Positions 13,084 through 26,739 of a stretch of 64,000 nt of DNA are shown here, in pieces; the first letter of the stretch is position 1, and the number at the start of each line of letters is the position of its first letter. This DNA is from Octopus sinensis (Eukaryota): positions 197,780,001-197,844,000 of the forward strand of contig NC_042998.1 of NCBI RefSeq assembly GCF_006345805.1. The letters are read 5' to 3'. A model generated the notes under the pieces. It worked only from the letters and a program-made list of their open reading frames with translations. It made no database searches and had not been told where the DNA came from. The position numbers and the translations under genes are program-made.

Positions 13084-13323
13084 ACACACACACACACGTT
13101 CACACATTTGCGGTGTAAGATTCCTGATGTGAAATCGTGTGTAGAAACAGTTATTGTTGTATTTCGGGATATGTATGAGGCGTAGATAGACAGCCGGCAA
13201 CTGGTCTTTGTGTTTCTTGTCCTGTTTGCCATTTCACTTCTCCCGCGGTTGTTTGCGTATGGAACTCGCTTGTTTTCGCATTTCATGTTGTTTACAGTTG
13301 GTGACGTTCTGTACCCACATATG

Positions 13324-13359
<36 letters not shown>

Positions 13360-13362
<3 letters not shown>

Positions 13363-13544
13363 ACCGTTGGCGACTTTTTTCCTCTGTCTTCCCTTCCTGG
13401 ATCTTTCCTTCTCCTATGTTTCCACGAAGAGCTCCGCTCGAAACGTTAAACCCTCCTTCTTTCCTTCTTTCCTGAGCGTCCAATAATACTTATTTTGTTC
13501 CACGTCCTTGCGTTGTTGTGTTTTTTTGTGCTTTCTTGTTGGAT

Positions 13545-13545
<1 letters not shown>
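13360..13545 (+). mobile_element. Penelope-like terminal-repeat fragment between (TA)n tracts
   Basis: Hammerhead-like GAAGAGC-TCC-GCTCGAAACGTT; related sequence on the minus strand at 61625-61795. Confidence 0.5.
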
Positions 13546-13596
<51 letters not shown>

Positions 13597-14139
13597 AATA
13601 AAATAGAACATATGCATATATATAAACATATATGTACGTACCTACCTCTACATGTACATATACACGCATATATGTGTACAGGACACCAAAAGACGTCGAA
13701 CACATAGAGAGACGAAAACATAGACACAAACCAAGGAACAAGACAAGCAAAAAAAGAAAGAGATACAGGACAATAAGCAAACGAAAAATCCCCTTCTTCA
13801 GTCGCTAAGGTTTCATCTACTAAACGTTTCGAAGGATAAAAGCGAGACGTATACTTCGAAGAAACTTCCTTCCTGCGAAAAGCAAATCAATTAAAATTCT
13901 GAGATCTTTTCGCAGAGGGGTAAAAAAAGCAAGACGGTAACGACAGTACAAACATATAAACAGTAAAAATATATATATATAACAGTGGAAAAATAAATAT
14001 ATAACAGTGAGAGACAGGACAAGGAAACAAGATAAGAAGGGCTGTTAATGCCAGACGAAAAAAGTATTGCAAACGCTGGATTATAGTGGCGACGAGAGAG
14101 AAAGAATGTCGACCAGTAGCCTTAGAAGGCGGGCGAGAA

Positions 14140-14173
<34 letters not shown>

Positions 14174-14269
14174 TAATATATATATATATAATATATATAT
14201 ATATATGCATACATACTTGCATGCATATATTTTATATATATGATATTTATTATGTATATGTTGTCTTTA

Positions 14270-14342
<73 letters not shown>

Positions 14343-14618
14343 AATATATATATATATAATATGTACACGTACAACACACATATAATCATTCTTTTAATGA
14401 TATTTTGCAGAAATACCTTTTCCATGATGTTTATTACATGTATATTGCTAACCCTAAAATACATTTTCTTCTGATGAGCTTCGGTTCAGTCTCCTCTTCC
14501 GATCACTTTTCCGTAAAACCCTTATTCATTTGCATATTTTCAAAATGACATTTTTCAGAAATACATTTCCGAAAATGTAGCTTACATAATGTTGAAAGAA
14601 ATTGGTGGCATATTGCTC

Positions 14619-14661
<43 letters not shown>

Positions 14662-14674
14662 GCTAGCTAGCTAT

Positions 14675-14935
14675 GCTTTTCTTTCCACGGGTAAACCTCA
14701 CCTGTCCTCCCCTTTACACTTTATATTGACATTTCTGTGATAACGATCCCTATTGATCGATCTTTTTCTTTTTCCTTTTATATTTACCCCCCCTTTTTTT
14801 TGCTTTCCTCTTACTTTCCTTTTACGATCCCTTTTGATCGAAAACCAAAACCCTTTTTTTTATCCCCAAAAAGAAAAGCTCTACCTTGTAATTTGTCCCG
14901 TCTTTGTGCAGCCCTGTGTGGCTAATAAAGAAACA
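14675..14935 (+). mobile_element. Tx1-like LINE family 1, 3' UTR, flanked by (TATC)n
   Basis: Homologous to 43949-44191; ends AATAAAGAAACA-(TATC)n. Confidence 0.88.
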
Positions 14936-15018
<83 letters not shown>

Positions 15019-15038
15019 ATATCTATCTATCTATCTAT

Positions 15039-15840
15039 CAGTGGGCTTGCGACTCGGCACCTGGAGAAGCAAGCCCATGCCGTCCACCAGCGCCTCCGTC
15101 GTGGGACGCTGGACCGACGGTCTGGTCAAGTTGCTCGGGGTCTGGTTTGGTCCGGACCTCCAAATGGAGAAAAACTGGAACGAGATAACGAGTAGGGTGG
15201 TCACTCTCGCCCGGCAATGGGCCGAAAGGAAACTGTCCTTAAAAGGTCGGGCGGAGGTGGCGAACACGTACATCGCGTCCGTCATCTACTACCACCTAAC
15301 CGTCGTGCTTGTCCCGACCCTACCATCACCAAACTAGAACGTATTCTCTTCCGCTTCTTGTGGAAAGGATGCGTCCCGATGGTCAGGCGATCCATTTGCT
15401 GTCAACACCCGTTAAAAGGAGCGCTAGGCATGCCGTGGGTGATGATGTGCAGACACGCGCTGAGACTGCGACATCTCTGGCTCTATGTAGACGACGGTGA
15501 ACAGGTGTGGTCGCCGTTTGTGAGGCACGCTTTCCCGCAACTCGTCTCCATGACCGAACTGCAAACGTGGATCAAAAAGAGGCCGAGGAAGGACGAATGG
15601 CACCGCGAGTGTCCTGTTGCTCTCAGGCAACTTTGCCGTCCCGGGTCGACCTTGAGTGACTTCAACACAACCAAAGCATTCTATAGGAGATTAGTGGAGG
15701 GTGGGTACGACGACGAGCTCGGGGTGAACCTGGACGACATTCGGGCCAGGGCCCATGGACAACTTCCAGAGATCCCTGGCCTGGCAGTGCTACCGAGAAG
15801 CGCTACCCGTTCGGGATAAGCTCTACAGACACGGCTCGAG
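15039..15840 (+). mobile_element. Tx1-like LINE family 1, ORF2 fragment embedded in (TATC)n
   Basis: VKLLGVWFG, KLSLKGRAEVAN, GALGMP motifs (post-RT region of L1/Tx1). Confidence 0.88.
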
Positions 15841-15924
<84 letters not shown>

Positions 15925-15957
15925 GTCTATCTATCTATCTGTCTATCTATCTGTCTG

Positions 15958-15994
<37 letters not shown>

Positions 15995-16075
15995 TTATCT
16001 ATCTATCTGTCTGTCTATCTATCTAAACAAGTCTATCTATCTATCTCTTTATCTGTTTATCTATCTATCTGTTTG

Positions 16076-16230
<155 letters not shown>

Positions 16231-16585
16231 GTCTGTCTGTATGTCTGTCTAATAAATAGTTATTATAGCATTATGTGTACGTGCGCAAATGCAAGCTCAC
16301 GCCTTCTTGTTTTCCTGTGGGTCTGTCTATTTGTGTTTGTGCGTCTGTTCTAATCCAGCTGCCCAGCTAACCCAATCTTTGACTCAGTTGTCTGGAGGGA
16401 GACAAGGAAGTGTGACGAGTCAGCCGAGGGGTGGGATGTGATATGGGGTAGTTGTGATAACTGGTTGTGGTAGTTAAACTCTATAGAAATCGGGATTAAG
16501 TACGAGCTTGGAGCGCCGTGGGCAAAGTGTCCCGTCCCTAGCTGAGGGTTTTGCGAGTGAAGTCATACTGTTGCTCTGGAGGTGA

Positions 16586-16742
16586 ACGTCTACCGCACGT
16601 CCCCGTCCTTCCGGTAAACCAGTCGAGGTGCAGGGTGTGGGAGGTGGATAGGAAGAATGGCAGACAGGAAGAAAAATATACATATGCATACACACTCTGC
16701 ACCTCGACTGGTTTACCGGAAGGACGGGGCCGTGTGGTAGAC

Positions 16743-16744
<2 letters not shown>
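16586..16744. repeat. Inverted repeat with ~54-bp arms
   Basis: 16586-16640 versus 16691-16744. Confidence 0.85.
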
Positions 16745-16803
<59 letters not shown>

Positions 16804-16863
16804 ATATATATGTATATATATGTATGCATGCTTGTATATATATGTGTGTGTGGATGTGTATAT

Positions 16864-16923
<60 letters not shown>

Positions 16924-17046
16924 GTATGCACGCATGTATGTATATGTGTGTGGATGTGTATATACATGCATTCATACATACATACATACATGCATACATA
17001 CATACATTCATATATACATACATACATACATACATACATACATACA

Positions 17047-17082
<36 letters not shown>

Positions 17083-17621
17083 TAAAGAGAGAGAGAGAGA
17101 GGATTATGAAATATAGAAATATAGAAGAATGTAGCTGAAAGGAAAAAGTGAGAGGGAGTTAATTGGAGGCGAAGAATGAAGCGATTGAAACTGAAGAGGA
17201 GGAGGTGAAGTTGCTGTGAAGCGAACCAGATTCATCTTACGCCGCCTCTCCACCACCTCCACCACCACCACCACCACCACCACCACCACCACCACCAATA
17301 CCACCACCACCACCACCACCACCTCCACCACCACCACCACCACCACCACCACCACCACTACCACCACCACCACTACCACTGCCATTGACATCAACGGCAT
17401 CACTAATTTCATCTCAAACCCCACCGCAGTCATCCCTACCAAACATCAACACCACCCTTTCCAAAACTTACCACCAGCACCAGCACTAGCATTAGTACAA
17501 CCACTACTACTACTACCACCGAAACAACCAATGCGGTCTGTCACATGTAGACCAACTAAACGACGCCATTGCCACTAAACTACCGCCACCATCATTATCA
17601 GAATACACGTACAGACAGATA

Positions 17622-17673
<52 letters not shown>

Positions 17674-17720
17674 TAGACACACACACACATGCACACACAC
17701 ACACATACACACACACATAG

Positions 17721-17757
<37 letters not shown>

Positions 17758-17994
17758 TAGACACACACACACATAGACACACACACACATAGACACACAC
17801 ACATACACACACATAGACACACACACATACACACACACATAGACACATATACACACACACATAGACACACACAAACACACACACATACACGCACAAAGTA
17901 AATGACAGGGGATGTGTTAATGTGTACATGTATATATACTGTATATATGTATATATATATATATGGTTTAAGCAATTGAGATTCAAGTGAGTTC

Positions 17995-18105
17995 TATATA
18001 TATATAGCGATTTGTTGGCCAGTGTTCAGTCGTAAAACTCAAGTGTTGGTGGAGAGTCTGTCACGATCCCCTCGATCTTGTTGCTCATCGACACGAATGG
18101 TAAGT
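17995..18105 (+). promoter_or_regulatory. Candidate core promoter and first exon (TATA at -31, Inr TCAGTC, exon ending ATG|GTAAGT)
   Basis: TATATATA at 17997, TCAGTC with A at 18028, perfect donor at 18100. Confidence 0.4.
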
Positions 18106-18283
18106 CCTGATTCTATTCAACTGCTTTCTATTATTTTCTGTTCATTGTAAGCTAAGTAGATTGGCAGAACGGACAAAATGCTCCGTGGCAATCAATTATG
18201 GGTCTTTACACTGTCAGTTCAAATACCACCGAGGTCCATTTCCCCAGCGTCAGTAAAGTAACAATAACGTATTGTAGTTAGGG

Positions 18284-18673
18284 GTGGAGGCGCAATGGCC
18301 CAGTGGTTAGGGCAGCTGACTCGCGGTCGTAGGATCGCGGTTTCGATTCCCAGACCGGGCGTTGTGAGTGTTTATTGAGCGAAAACACCTAAAAGCTCCA
18401 CGAGGCTCCGGCAGGGGATGGTGGTGATCCCTGCTGTACTCTTTCACCACAACTTTCTCTCACTCTTACTTCCTGTTTCTGTTGTACCTGTATTTCAAGG
18501 GGTCGGCCTTGTCACTCTCTGTGTCACGCTGAATATCCCCGAGAACTACGTTAAGGGTACACATGTCTGTGGAGTGCTCAGCCACTTACACGTTAATTTC
18601 ACGAGCAGGCTGTTCCGTTGATTCGGATCAACCGGAACCCTCGTCGTCGTAACCGACGGAGTGCTTCCATTCC
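18284..18673 (+). mobile_element. SINE family B, full length with TSD
   Basis: tRNA-like head GGCGCAATGGCCCAGTGGTTAGG...GGTTTCGATTCCC; TSD ATTGTAGTTAGGG. Confidence 0.92.
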
Positions 18674-19325
18674 ATTGTAGTTAGGGTAAGCGGCTGTCCC
18701 TTACTTCAATTTCAGGCCTTCTGCTTGCGTTCGAAATTATATTCGTTGTTGTTTAAATTCAGGGCGACCTTAATTAATAAAGGTGTAAATAATCAAAGAT
18801 ATTCTAACCGAAATTATTCCCAATCTCCTTTTCTAAGATGTTAGTGTGTGATATGAGAAAGATTTACCACTGTTGTTAGCAAGTCGAGGGACAACGTGCA
18901 GGCTTCTCGTTTGCTTTTGTTTTGTTATTTTTGCTTTGTTTTTTGACCGATCGAGTAAATCTATGACCAAAGGTATTCCAGCAACGGTCATCTTGTCTTT
19001 CTTTTGTTCAAATATAGAGTAATTAGAATTGTTATTCTTTTTTAAGATGGTGCGATGTGATCTGAAGACGATGTTGTCTTTTGTTTGTCTGCTGTTTGTA
19101 GAGGCTCCATCGTGATGTTGCTATTGTCTTCGGTGGCGCAAAACATTTGTATAACAATTCCCCCCCACCTCACACATATCATCACTTCCAACATCATCAC
19201 CATCATCGTCGTTGTTGTTTAGTCATGTCAACCACCATGAAGCAGACCTCTTATTAAAGGTTCTTTTGGCCATCTCAGGTGCAAATGTAATGTAGTCATT
19301 GGTACAAACTGTATCTAATACTCTC

Positions 19326-19377
<52 letters not shown>

Positions 19378-19559
19378 TCTCTCTTCTTTACCTGATACCT
19401 TCTTCCCGTTTTCAAGGAGAGCAGAGTATGATTTGAGCAAAATTTAATTGTCGTTTCAGGTAAGTCTAACGACTCTCTTGTTCTGTTAGTATTGTCGTTG
19501 TTGATGTTGCTGTTTGTGTTGTTGTTGTTATTGCTAATGGTAGCGTTGCTATTGGTGCT

Positions 19560-19932
19560 GTTTGTTTGTTTGTTTGTTGAGCGAAGCGGTCTTCGTGGGA
19601 GAAGTCCGAAACGTGGTCCTTTGCTATTCGTAAGAACCGCAGAAGAGAGAAAGCAGGTCAACCCCCGACACCGAGAGCATCGACGGATGGATGAATGCGC
19701 ATCCAGGCTCAGCGGTTGCGTAGGAAGTCGGGGACAAGAAACAGGAAGAAAGAGTGAGAGAAAGTTGGAGCGAAAGAGTACAACAGGGGTGGCCCTCCCC
19801 CACTACCGGAGCCTCGTGGAGCTTTAGGTGTTTTCGCGCAATAAACACACACAACGCCCGGTCTGGGAATCGAAACCGTGATCCTCCGACCGCTAGTCCG
19901 CTGCCCTAATCACTGGGCCATTGCGCCTCCAC
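19560..19932 (-). mobile_element. SINE B-head variant with alternative body and (CAAA)n tail
   Basis: Same head as family B with a different 3' half; inverse homolog at 21355-21707. Confidence 0.85.
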
Positions 19933-20099
19933 TTGATGTTGCTGCCGTTGTTGTGACGGTTCTGTGTCATTAAAGATACCTAATAATTATTTTGTTGGTG
20001 GTAATACATGAAATGGTGAACTAATCATTTTGCCCCTGGTTGAAGAAGAAAGTGTCTCTGACCCTTTTTCAATATCTCTGAAACAGATGCGGCCATGCA

Positions 20100-21070
20100 T
20101 AGACGGTTACTGTCGTGCATTTAAGTGAAATGGACGAAAGATGAAATAGAAGCATTAGACAGAGAGAAAAAAAAACCTAATTTAGCATTGAAGCGCTTTA
20201 TTCGAATAAAAATACCAGAAGATTTAGCGGGAACGGCTTTTAATATTTCTGGGAATGTGAATGGCGAACAAAGGTCAGTAAGCCACTTCCTGGCAAAGAG
20301 TGAAGAACTACATGAACCTTCTGTAATAGAGTTAACTAAAATCTACTTGTGTTGAACCTGAATAAAAGAAAGAATATCAAAGCAGAATGGTTTGTGAAAG
20401 ACCGGAAGCAGTTACACGGAAAGCTCCACGTTCGTAGCAAGAATGTGTAAAAGAAAATCATGACTCATCGTGAGAATGGTTCCAGAGAAGAGATATAATG
20501 AGGGAAATGGAAGTCTTGTTGATGGCTGCTCGAAACCAAGCTCTGAAGATGTGTTAACTGAATAAAATTATATATTCCAGCAATTCAACGAACAAGTACC
20601 GCCTATGTAATGAGCGAGTTGAAAATATTGATATTATTGCAGCATGTCGCAAAATATTCTTTTCTACTCTAGGCACAAGGCTCGAAATTTTTGGAGAGGG
20701 GGGCCAGTCAATTAGATGGACCCCAGTACGCAACTAGTACTTAATTTATCGACCCCGAAAGGATGAAAGGCAAAGTCGACCTCGGCGGGTGTCGCAAAAT
20801 ATTACCGGCGACGTCCCGTTAAAGTTTCTCTCAGTTTTCACTGTCATTTCATAAATAAATATCGATACAACACTTCAAGCAAAAAGTACAGTTATAAAAT
20901 AAAAATGGCTGTAAAAGAATCTGGTACACTGAAAATTATACTGGATTTTGAGATCCAGACAGACAAGCAGAACAGCTGAACACCATACATGTGGTATTAT
21001 TATTATACATAGCATAAAAAATGGAAATGTTTCATATTACACGTTATAGTTTCTTCATACAAAATCATCT
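20100..21070 (+). mobile_element. Degraded R4/Dong-like non-LTR retrotransposon fragment
   Basis: Remnants WTKDEIEALDR, EMEVLLMAARNQAL, YRLCNERVENID and LDFEIQTD; interrupted by a SINE C-like piece at about 20665-20788. Confidence 0.55.
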
Positions 21071-21354
21071 ACGCTTACTGTGTCCGATGGGGTGGAAATT
21101 GTTGTGGATTGATATCATTAGGATCGCACAAATCTGTGCACTGTTGTTTGTGGCATTGACGACAAGCAACAATCAATCGGTTGCACCATTGTCAAAACCT
21201 TTGGCCCTGTATTTAGCTAAAAATCAGCTAAAAATTGTCAAGTGTGTCTCTCTTGATCGTGACCTTTCCCAGCACTCTCACCACTTCTCAGTTTTCACAA
21301 CGGGGAATATTCACAGTCTTTTACAAGTAGCAATAGAAATCAGCAGTGACAGTA

Positions 21355-21707
21355 GTGGAGGCGCAATGGCCCAATGGTTAGGGTAGCGGACTAGCGGTCG
21401 GAGGATCGCGGTTTCGATTCCCAGACCGGGCGTTGTGTGTGTTTATTGAGTGAAAACACCTAAAGCTCCACGAGTCTCCGGCAGGGGGGTGGTGGCGACT
21501 CCTGTTGTACTCTTTCTTCCTGTTTCTTGTCCCGACTTCATACGCAGCCGCTGAGCCTGGATGCGTATTCATCCATCCGTCGATGCTCTCGGTGTCGGGG
21601 GTTGACCTGCTTTCTCTTCTGCGGGTCTTTAGCAAAGGACCACGTTTCAGACTTCTCCCACTACAGACGGGATGACTGCTTCGCTCAACAAACAAACAAA
21701 CAAACAA
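21355..21707 (+). mobile_element. SINE B-head variant with (CAAA)n tail
   Basis: See 19560-19932. Confidence 0.85.
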
Positions 21708-22819
21708 AGCAGTGAGAGTAGAAAATAAGTGTGGAATGTAGTACTGACTGTCTATTTTCTTCGACCTGAACATTGCAGAACGGCTCGAAGCAGCCGCTAT
21801 TTCAGTCAGAATATTGCCTTTTCTGCTGTGTCACGTCGAAGTAGGTAACGAATTCTAAGGTATACAGTTGGCACTTCTCATTCTCAGTGCCCTGTGTCAG
21901 AGATTGAAATGTAGCAAGAACAATAAATATTGGTTTCTAATATAAGCACAAGTCTCGGAAACTATGATGAAAAAGTATTTGAAACAATAAACAACCACAG
22001 CACCAGCAATGTAACGAGTGATAACAGAAATAGACTATAAACCAGAGAACAACAATACATAAAAGAGAAAGACCACACTGTATAACCTTGCCATACTATA
22101 TCTCCATTATCCCCCGTATAGCTTTTGTTCCTTGTGTCTTTTGTGCTCGCGTTGTAGATCGGACAATACAGCCTTCGTTTTTCACACAGACATTGTCGAG
22201 GCGCGTTTCGCTACTTTCACTTCATTTCGCAACGCCTTTCCTGTTATCCTCTTCCAATTTACCAAGAGTTCTTTCTCAAGTATATTGTTCTCTAGTAGCA
22301 GAATTTTATTAAAATTAACAGATTCTCTTTTAATTTTCCTATTTAACTTCCCTTTGAGATAGTCACAGAGAAGAAACAAGATATCTGTGGACCAAATAGC
22401 TTATCTAAACCATAAGACACAGATGGAGCCTATAAAGGGGCAATTTAGTTCAAAGGTTTCCGTACCTGACACGGTCGAATAGAAGATACCTGGCATCTCT
22501 AGAGCATACTCTTTGAGGATGATGCTACTCGTCGGCAGTATCTGTTGCCTTGTTGGGTTGGAACACTTGACGATTGTAAGTTTTGGAGAAACTGGTGAGA
22601 TGAAGGAGAGTTTAGGTGGAGTTTTGTTTGTGTTCAGCCCAGAGTTAGAGATAGAAGAGTTGCAAAGGAGTTTTCCCGCAGGAGTATTAATACAGAGCTA
22701 CAATGGTTAAAGAATGGTGTGTTGGAGGAATCCACAAATTTTGTAGAGATACTCTTGGTAGGTAGCAAATGGCTACACGGTATGTGTGTTTGATTGTGTG
22801 TGCATCTACGTACGGGGTT

Positions 22820-22866
<47 letters not shown>

Positions 22867-25049
22867 ATGTGTGTGCGTATGTATTTTTGTGTGCGTGAAT
22901 GTATACGCGCGTGTATGTGTATGTGAATGCGTCTGTAATGTCAGCTAAAATGAATAATAAATAGATAAAGGCAAGCTCCCTTGAATACGTCCTTAGACAT
23001 AGAAAACAGAGGCAGTACTCGTCTCTGTTATATAGTATTGGTTCCCCCTCTCTCTCTTTGTTATATAGTGTTAGTCTCTCTTTTTCTCCGTTATATATTA
23101 TTGGCCCATCTGTTTGATAATGTTGGTTATATAGTGTTTGTCTCTCTCTTATATAGTGTCGGTCTCTCTTATATAGTATCTGTCTCTCTGTTAAATAGCG
23201 TTGGTCTCTCTCTGTTATACAGTGTGGTCTTTCGCTTTTATGTATTGTTGTTCTCTGGTTTATAGTCTATTTCTGTTATCACTCGTTACATTCCTGGTGC
23301 TGTGGTTGTTTATTGTTGCAAATACTTTTTTCATCCTAATATCCGAGACTTGTACTTATATTAGAAACCAATATTTATTGTTCTTGTTTATTCTTTCTGC
23401 AGCTTTCTTTGTTTTACATCAGATAAAAAGAAAACGGAAAAACCTTATTAAAGAAACTAAAAAGAGACTTAAAAAAAAACAAAAAAAAAACAACAACGCA
23501 AAACAAAACAAAACGGAAAACAGAAAAACCGATAATTTAGAAATTTTAAACAACGTTACTGTTGTGCGAACCCTTACACGTGCATTATGTTAGATCTTGA
23601 GGACGGAAATGATACCGTGGTGGAAACCTTGTTAGAGTATTACTAAATGTTAGAATTAGGGACTGGCCGCGGGAAATAGCTAAAAACTGCCAGAGGAAAT
23701 GACTCGTTAATCAACCCACGGGAACTGTGATCGAGCAGATTTCCATTTAGTGAAATTTGCAGTAGGTCAAACTCCCACGTTGAAGTGCCTCCAAATGATC
23801 GCTGTATTTGTTCTTGTTGTTGTTCTTGTTTAGCCCCGGTTCGGACCTGATTGAGTAAATCTATAATCAAAGGCATTTAAAGCCGTAACCAACCAATCTG
23901 ATTATTTTCTTTTCACACAGTTTATCTAGCATCACATTATCATCAAATTAGGACCTTTGCGGTTTTCGTCCCTGTTTACAGTTTTGTTCCAGTTGTCTTC
24001 AAATTTGGTATATGGATTCAGTTTTGTACACTAGTTATGAAAATGAAATTCATTTTCCCTTTAAATCCATAATTAAAAAGTTACTAGCCTTTAAAATTTG
24101 GGTATTTTAGTCAATCAGAAGCGAGTATTTTAGACATCACTGTGGCGATGAAGTCTGTTTCTTTAGTAACCATAGCAAAGAAGCACCACGTTTTCCACAG
24201 AACTCTGTTCCCACATAGTAACCAAAGACGCTGCGCATGTGCACATGGAGTGTAACTACTACCTGTTCTATAATTGTTTGTTTTCATAAAATGGAACTCA
24301 CACTCAACAATTTTAGTTTAATGTTTTGACATGCCGAAGCCCCCCCCCGCTCCCTGATGATAGAAGAGGCAGCGAACACGTTGTTTTCTGAATGGCTGGA
24401 AATTCTGAAAATTACCAAACTTTGAGCACCTTTGAACAACTAAAAACTATCAAGAAACTATATATAAAATTAATATTTCAACAACAATAATAATAACAAT
24501 AATAATAATCATAATAATCATACCCAATACAATTCAAACGCCAAATAATATTGATAAACAAAAAAAGTTATTTAGCTTGTCGATGAAAATAATATAACTC
24601 ATTATTTTATTTCGTATTTTACAAGATTATTTACGTATATTTATTAATTTATCTAATTAATTATTTTATTATTGTTGTTATCTTTAACCCGAAGAGTGGC
24701 TATATCTATATTGAAGTGATTTTACTACTACTACTATTATTTTTACTATTATCATTTCTTAAATATAGCCACGAAACACGTGTCGTTATTCTGCCAAATA
24801 TATACGTTTTATTTATTATCTTGCACATTACTTAATCATCGTTATATCATCGTAATATCCAGCGGTACCGGATATTAATAGTTATCGCCAAGCTAATATG
24901 GCAGTCCATAAATATAGGACGAAAGATTAGCTCCAAGAGGCGATCGCCTCTAGCTAGCTATAGGACACACGAATCTGTGTTCATTATAACCTTTGAACAG
25001 GGGAACTCAGCCGCTTCCTCTTGCTGGTCAGGCACCTGCAGATATATAT

Positions 25050-25282
25050 ATATTTCTTTACTACCCACAAGGAGCTAAACACAGAGGGGACAAACAAGGA
25101 CAGACAAAGGGATTAAGTCGATTACATCGACCCCAGAGCGAAACTGGTACTTTATTTATCGACCCCGAAAGAATGAAAGGCAAAGTCGACCTCGGCAGAA
25201 TTTGAACTCAGAACGTAACGACAGACGAAATACCGCTAAGCAATTCGCCCGGCGCGCTAACGTGTCTGCCAGCTCACCGCCT
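25050..25282 (-). mobile_element. SINE family C monomer
   Basis: Head GGCGG(C/T)GAGCTGGCAG, B-box GAGTTCAAATTC, body GCCTTTCAT.CTTTCGGGGTCGATAAA. Confidence 0.88.
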
Positions 25283-25497
25283 ATACTATATATACCAGCA
25301 GCTAAGCTCGGTTAGCTAAGGGTGAGTGAGTGAAGGTGTGAGTCGTGATGATTGACGTCTTTTAAGGTACACACACATACATAGAAAATGTGAGGTTATC
25401 GTATAAAATTTTTACGATAGTTGATTTATGGAAAAGATTTTGTTAAATTTTTGATATGCAAATATGTAAATGAAAATAAAGTTAATAAAGTTAATAT

Positions 25498-25918
25498 AGG
25501 CGCAGGAGTGGCTGTGTGGTAAGTAGCTTGCTAACCAACCACATGGTTCCGGGTTCAGTCCCACTGCGTGGCACCTTGGGCAAGTGTCTTCTGCTATAGC
25601 CCCGGGCCGACCAATGCCTTGTGAGTGGATTTGGTAGACGGAAACTGAAAGAAGCATGTCGTATATATGTATATATATATATAAGTGTGTGTGTATATGT
25701 TTGTGTGTCTGTGTTTGTCCCCCTAGCATTGCTTGACAACCGATGCTGGTGTGTTTACGTCCCCGTCACTTAGCGGTTCGGCAAAAGAGACCGATAGAAT
25801 AAGTACTGGGCTTACAAAAGAATAAGACCCGGGGTCGATTTGCTCGACTAAAGGCGGTGCTCCAGCATGGCCGCAGTCAAATGACTGAAACAAGGAAAAG
25901 AGTAAAGAGAGAAAAGAG
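25498..25918 (+). mobile_element. SINE family A, full length
   Basis: Head GGCGCAGGAGTGGCTGTGTGGTAAG; tail (AAAAGAGT)-like. Confidence 0.9.
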
Positions 25919-26739
25919 TGTATCCGAAAGCATTTAATCTGGAATTCTACCGATTGTACCCTTCACCATTGTTAGAAACAAATTGAATTCTTATACAAGT
26001 ACTATGTGTGAAATATATGTGAATGAGTCAATATGGAAAATTGAGGCGACTAGAAGCTGCAAAACTTGTTAATCTGTCGTTGTAAGACTGCTCCCGTACA
26101 CATCACTCTAAAAACAATGGGGACATAAACTCCTGTAGAAACAACAAGCGACATTTGTTTATCAGCTTATCTTTCTTCTAGTTATAATCTAACGGAAGTC
26201 AAAAAGTAGATACACATTCCTGAATAGGCTTGCCGTTTAGTATACACTTAAAACCGAATTGGTCACTGACTCAGACCTCGTGTCTCTAAATCCTTATCTT
26301 TGTAGCTTTGCTTGATTTCACTGCACTTCACTTTATTCTGAGTCAGACGAATTGCAAGCTTCAGATATAGAAACCCCTTTGAAACATAATACACTTAATT
26401 TAAAAGTTGTAGTTCATTCACTGCTCCTATTCCCCAGTGGTGATTTCGGGCCTTTTTTAAAAAAAAATATTTTGCATTAGTCAATGCGTAATAAATATGA
26501 TAAGGCCCTGTAGATTGATGTTTGTGATTGAAAAGAGTAAGCAATTGCATATTGGGTGTTTTCAAAGAATATGTTTAATCTAAATAGATATTATTACGGG
26601 TGATGTGTGGAAGAGTGGCTTTTAACAAAATTTTAATCAAAAAGTTGAAGCATTTACTAAGGATTGGTTGTATAACAAAAGTTACCCTATTTAAAAAGAC
26701 GACATGCCTACTGATGTTGAATGAATGCGAGAATGATTA

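Noticed and set aside
18284-18360. tRNA genes
   Set aside because: tRNA-like A/B boxes are SINE heads; no complete cloverleaf with an acceptor stem.
18418-18621. Recurrent 67-aa ORF MVVIPAVLFHHNF... suggesting a small gene family
   Set aside because: Lies inside SINE B copies that have tRNA heads and TSDs; other copies are frameshifted.
22050-22760. Possible old L1/Tx1 3' end on the minus strand
   Set aside because: Only weak resemblance (KGKLNRKIKRE, a possible Cys knuckle); too degraded to call.
23945-24900. Possible DNA transposon end (similar impression at 40010-40375)
   Set aside because: Could not find a matching second TIR or a TSD by eye.
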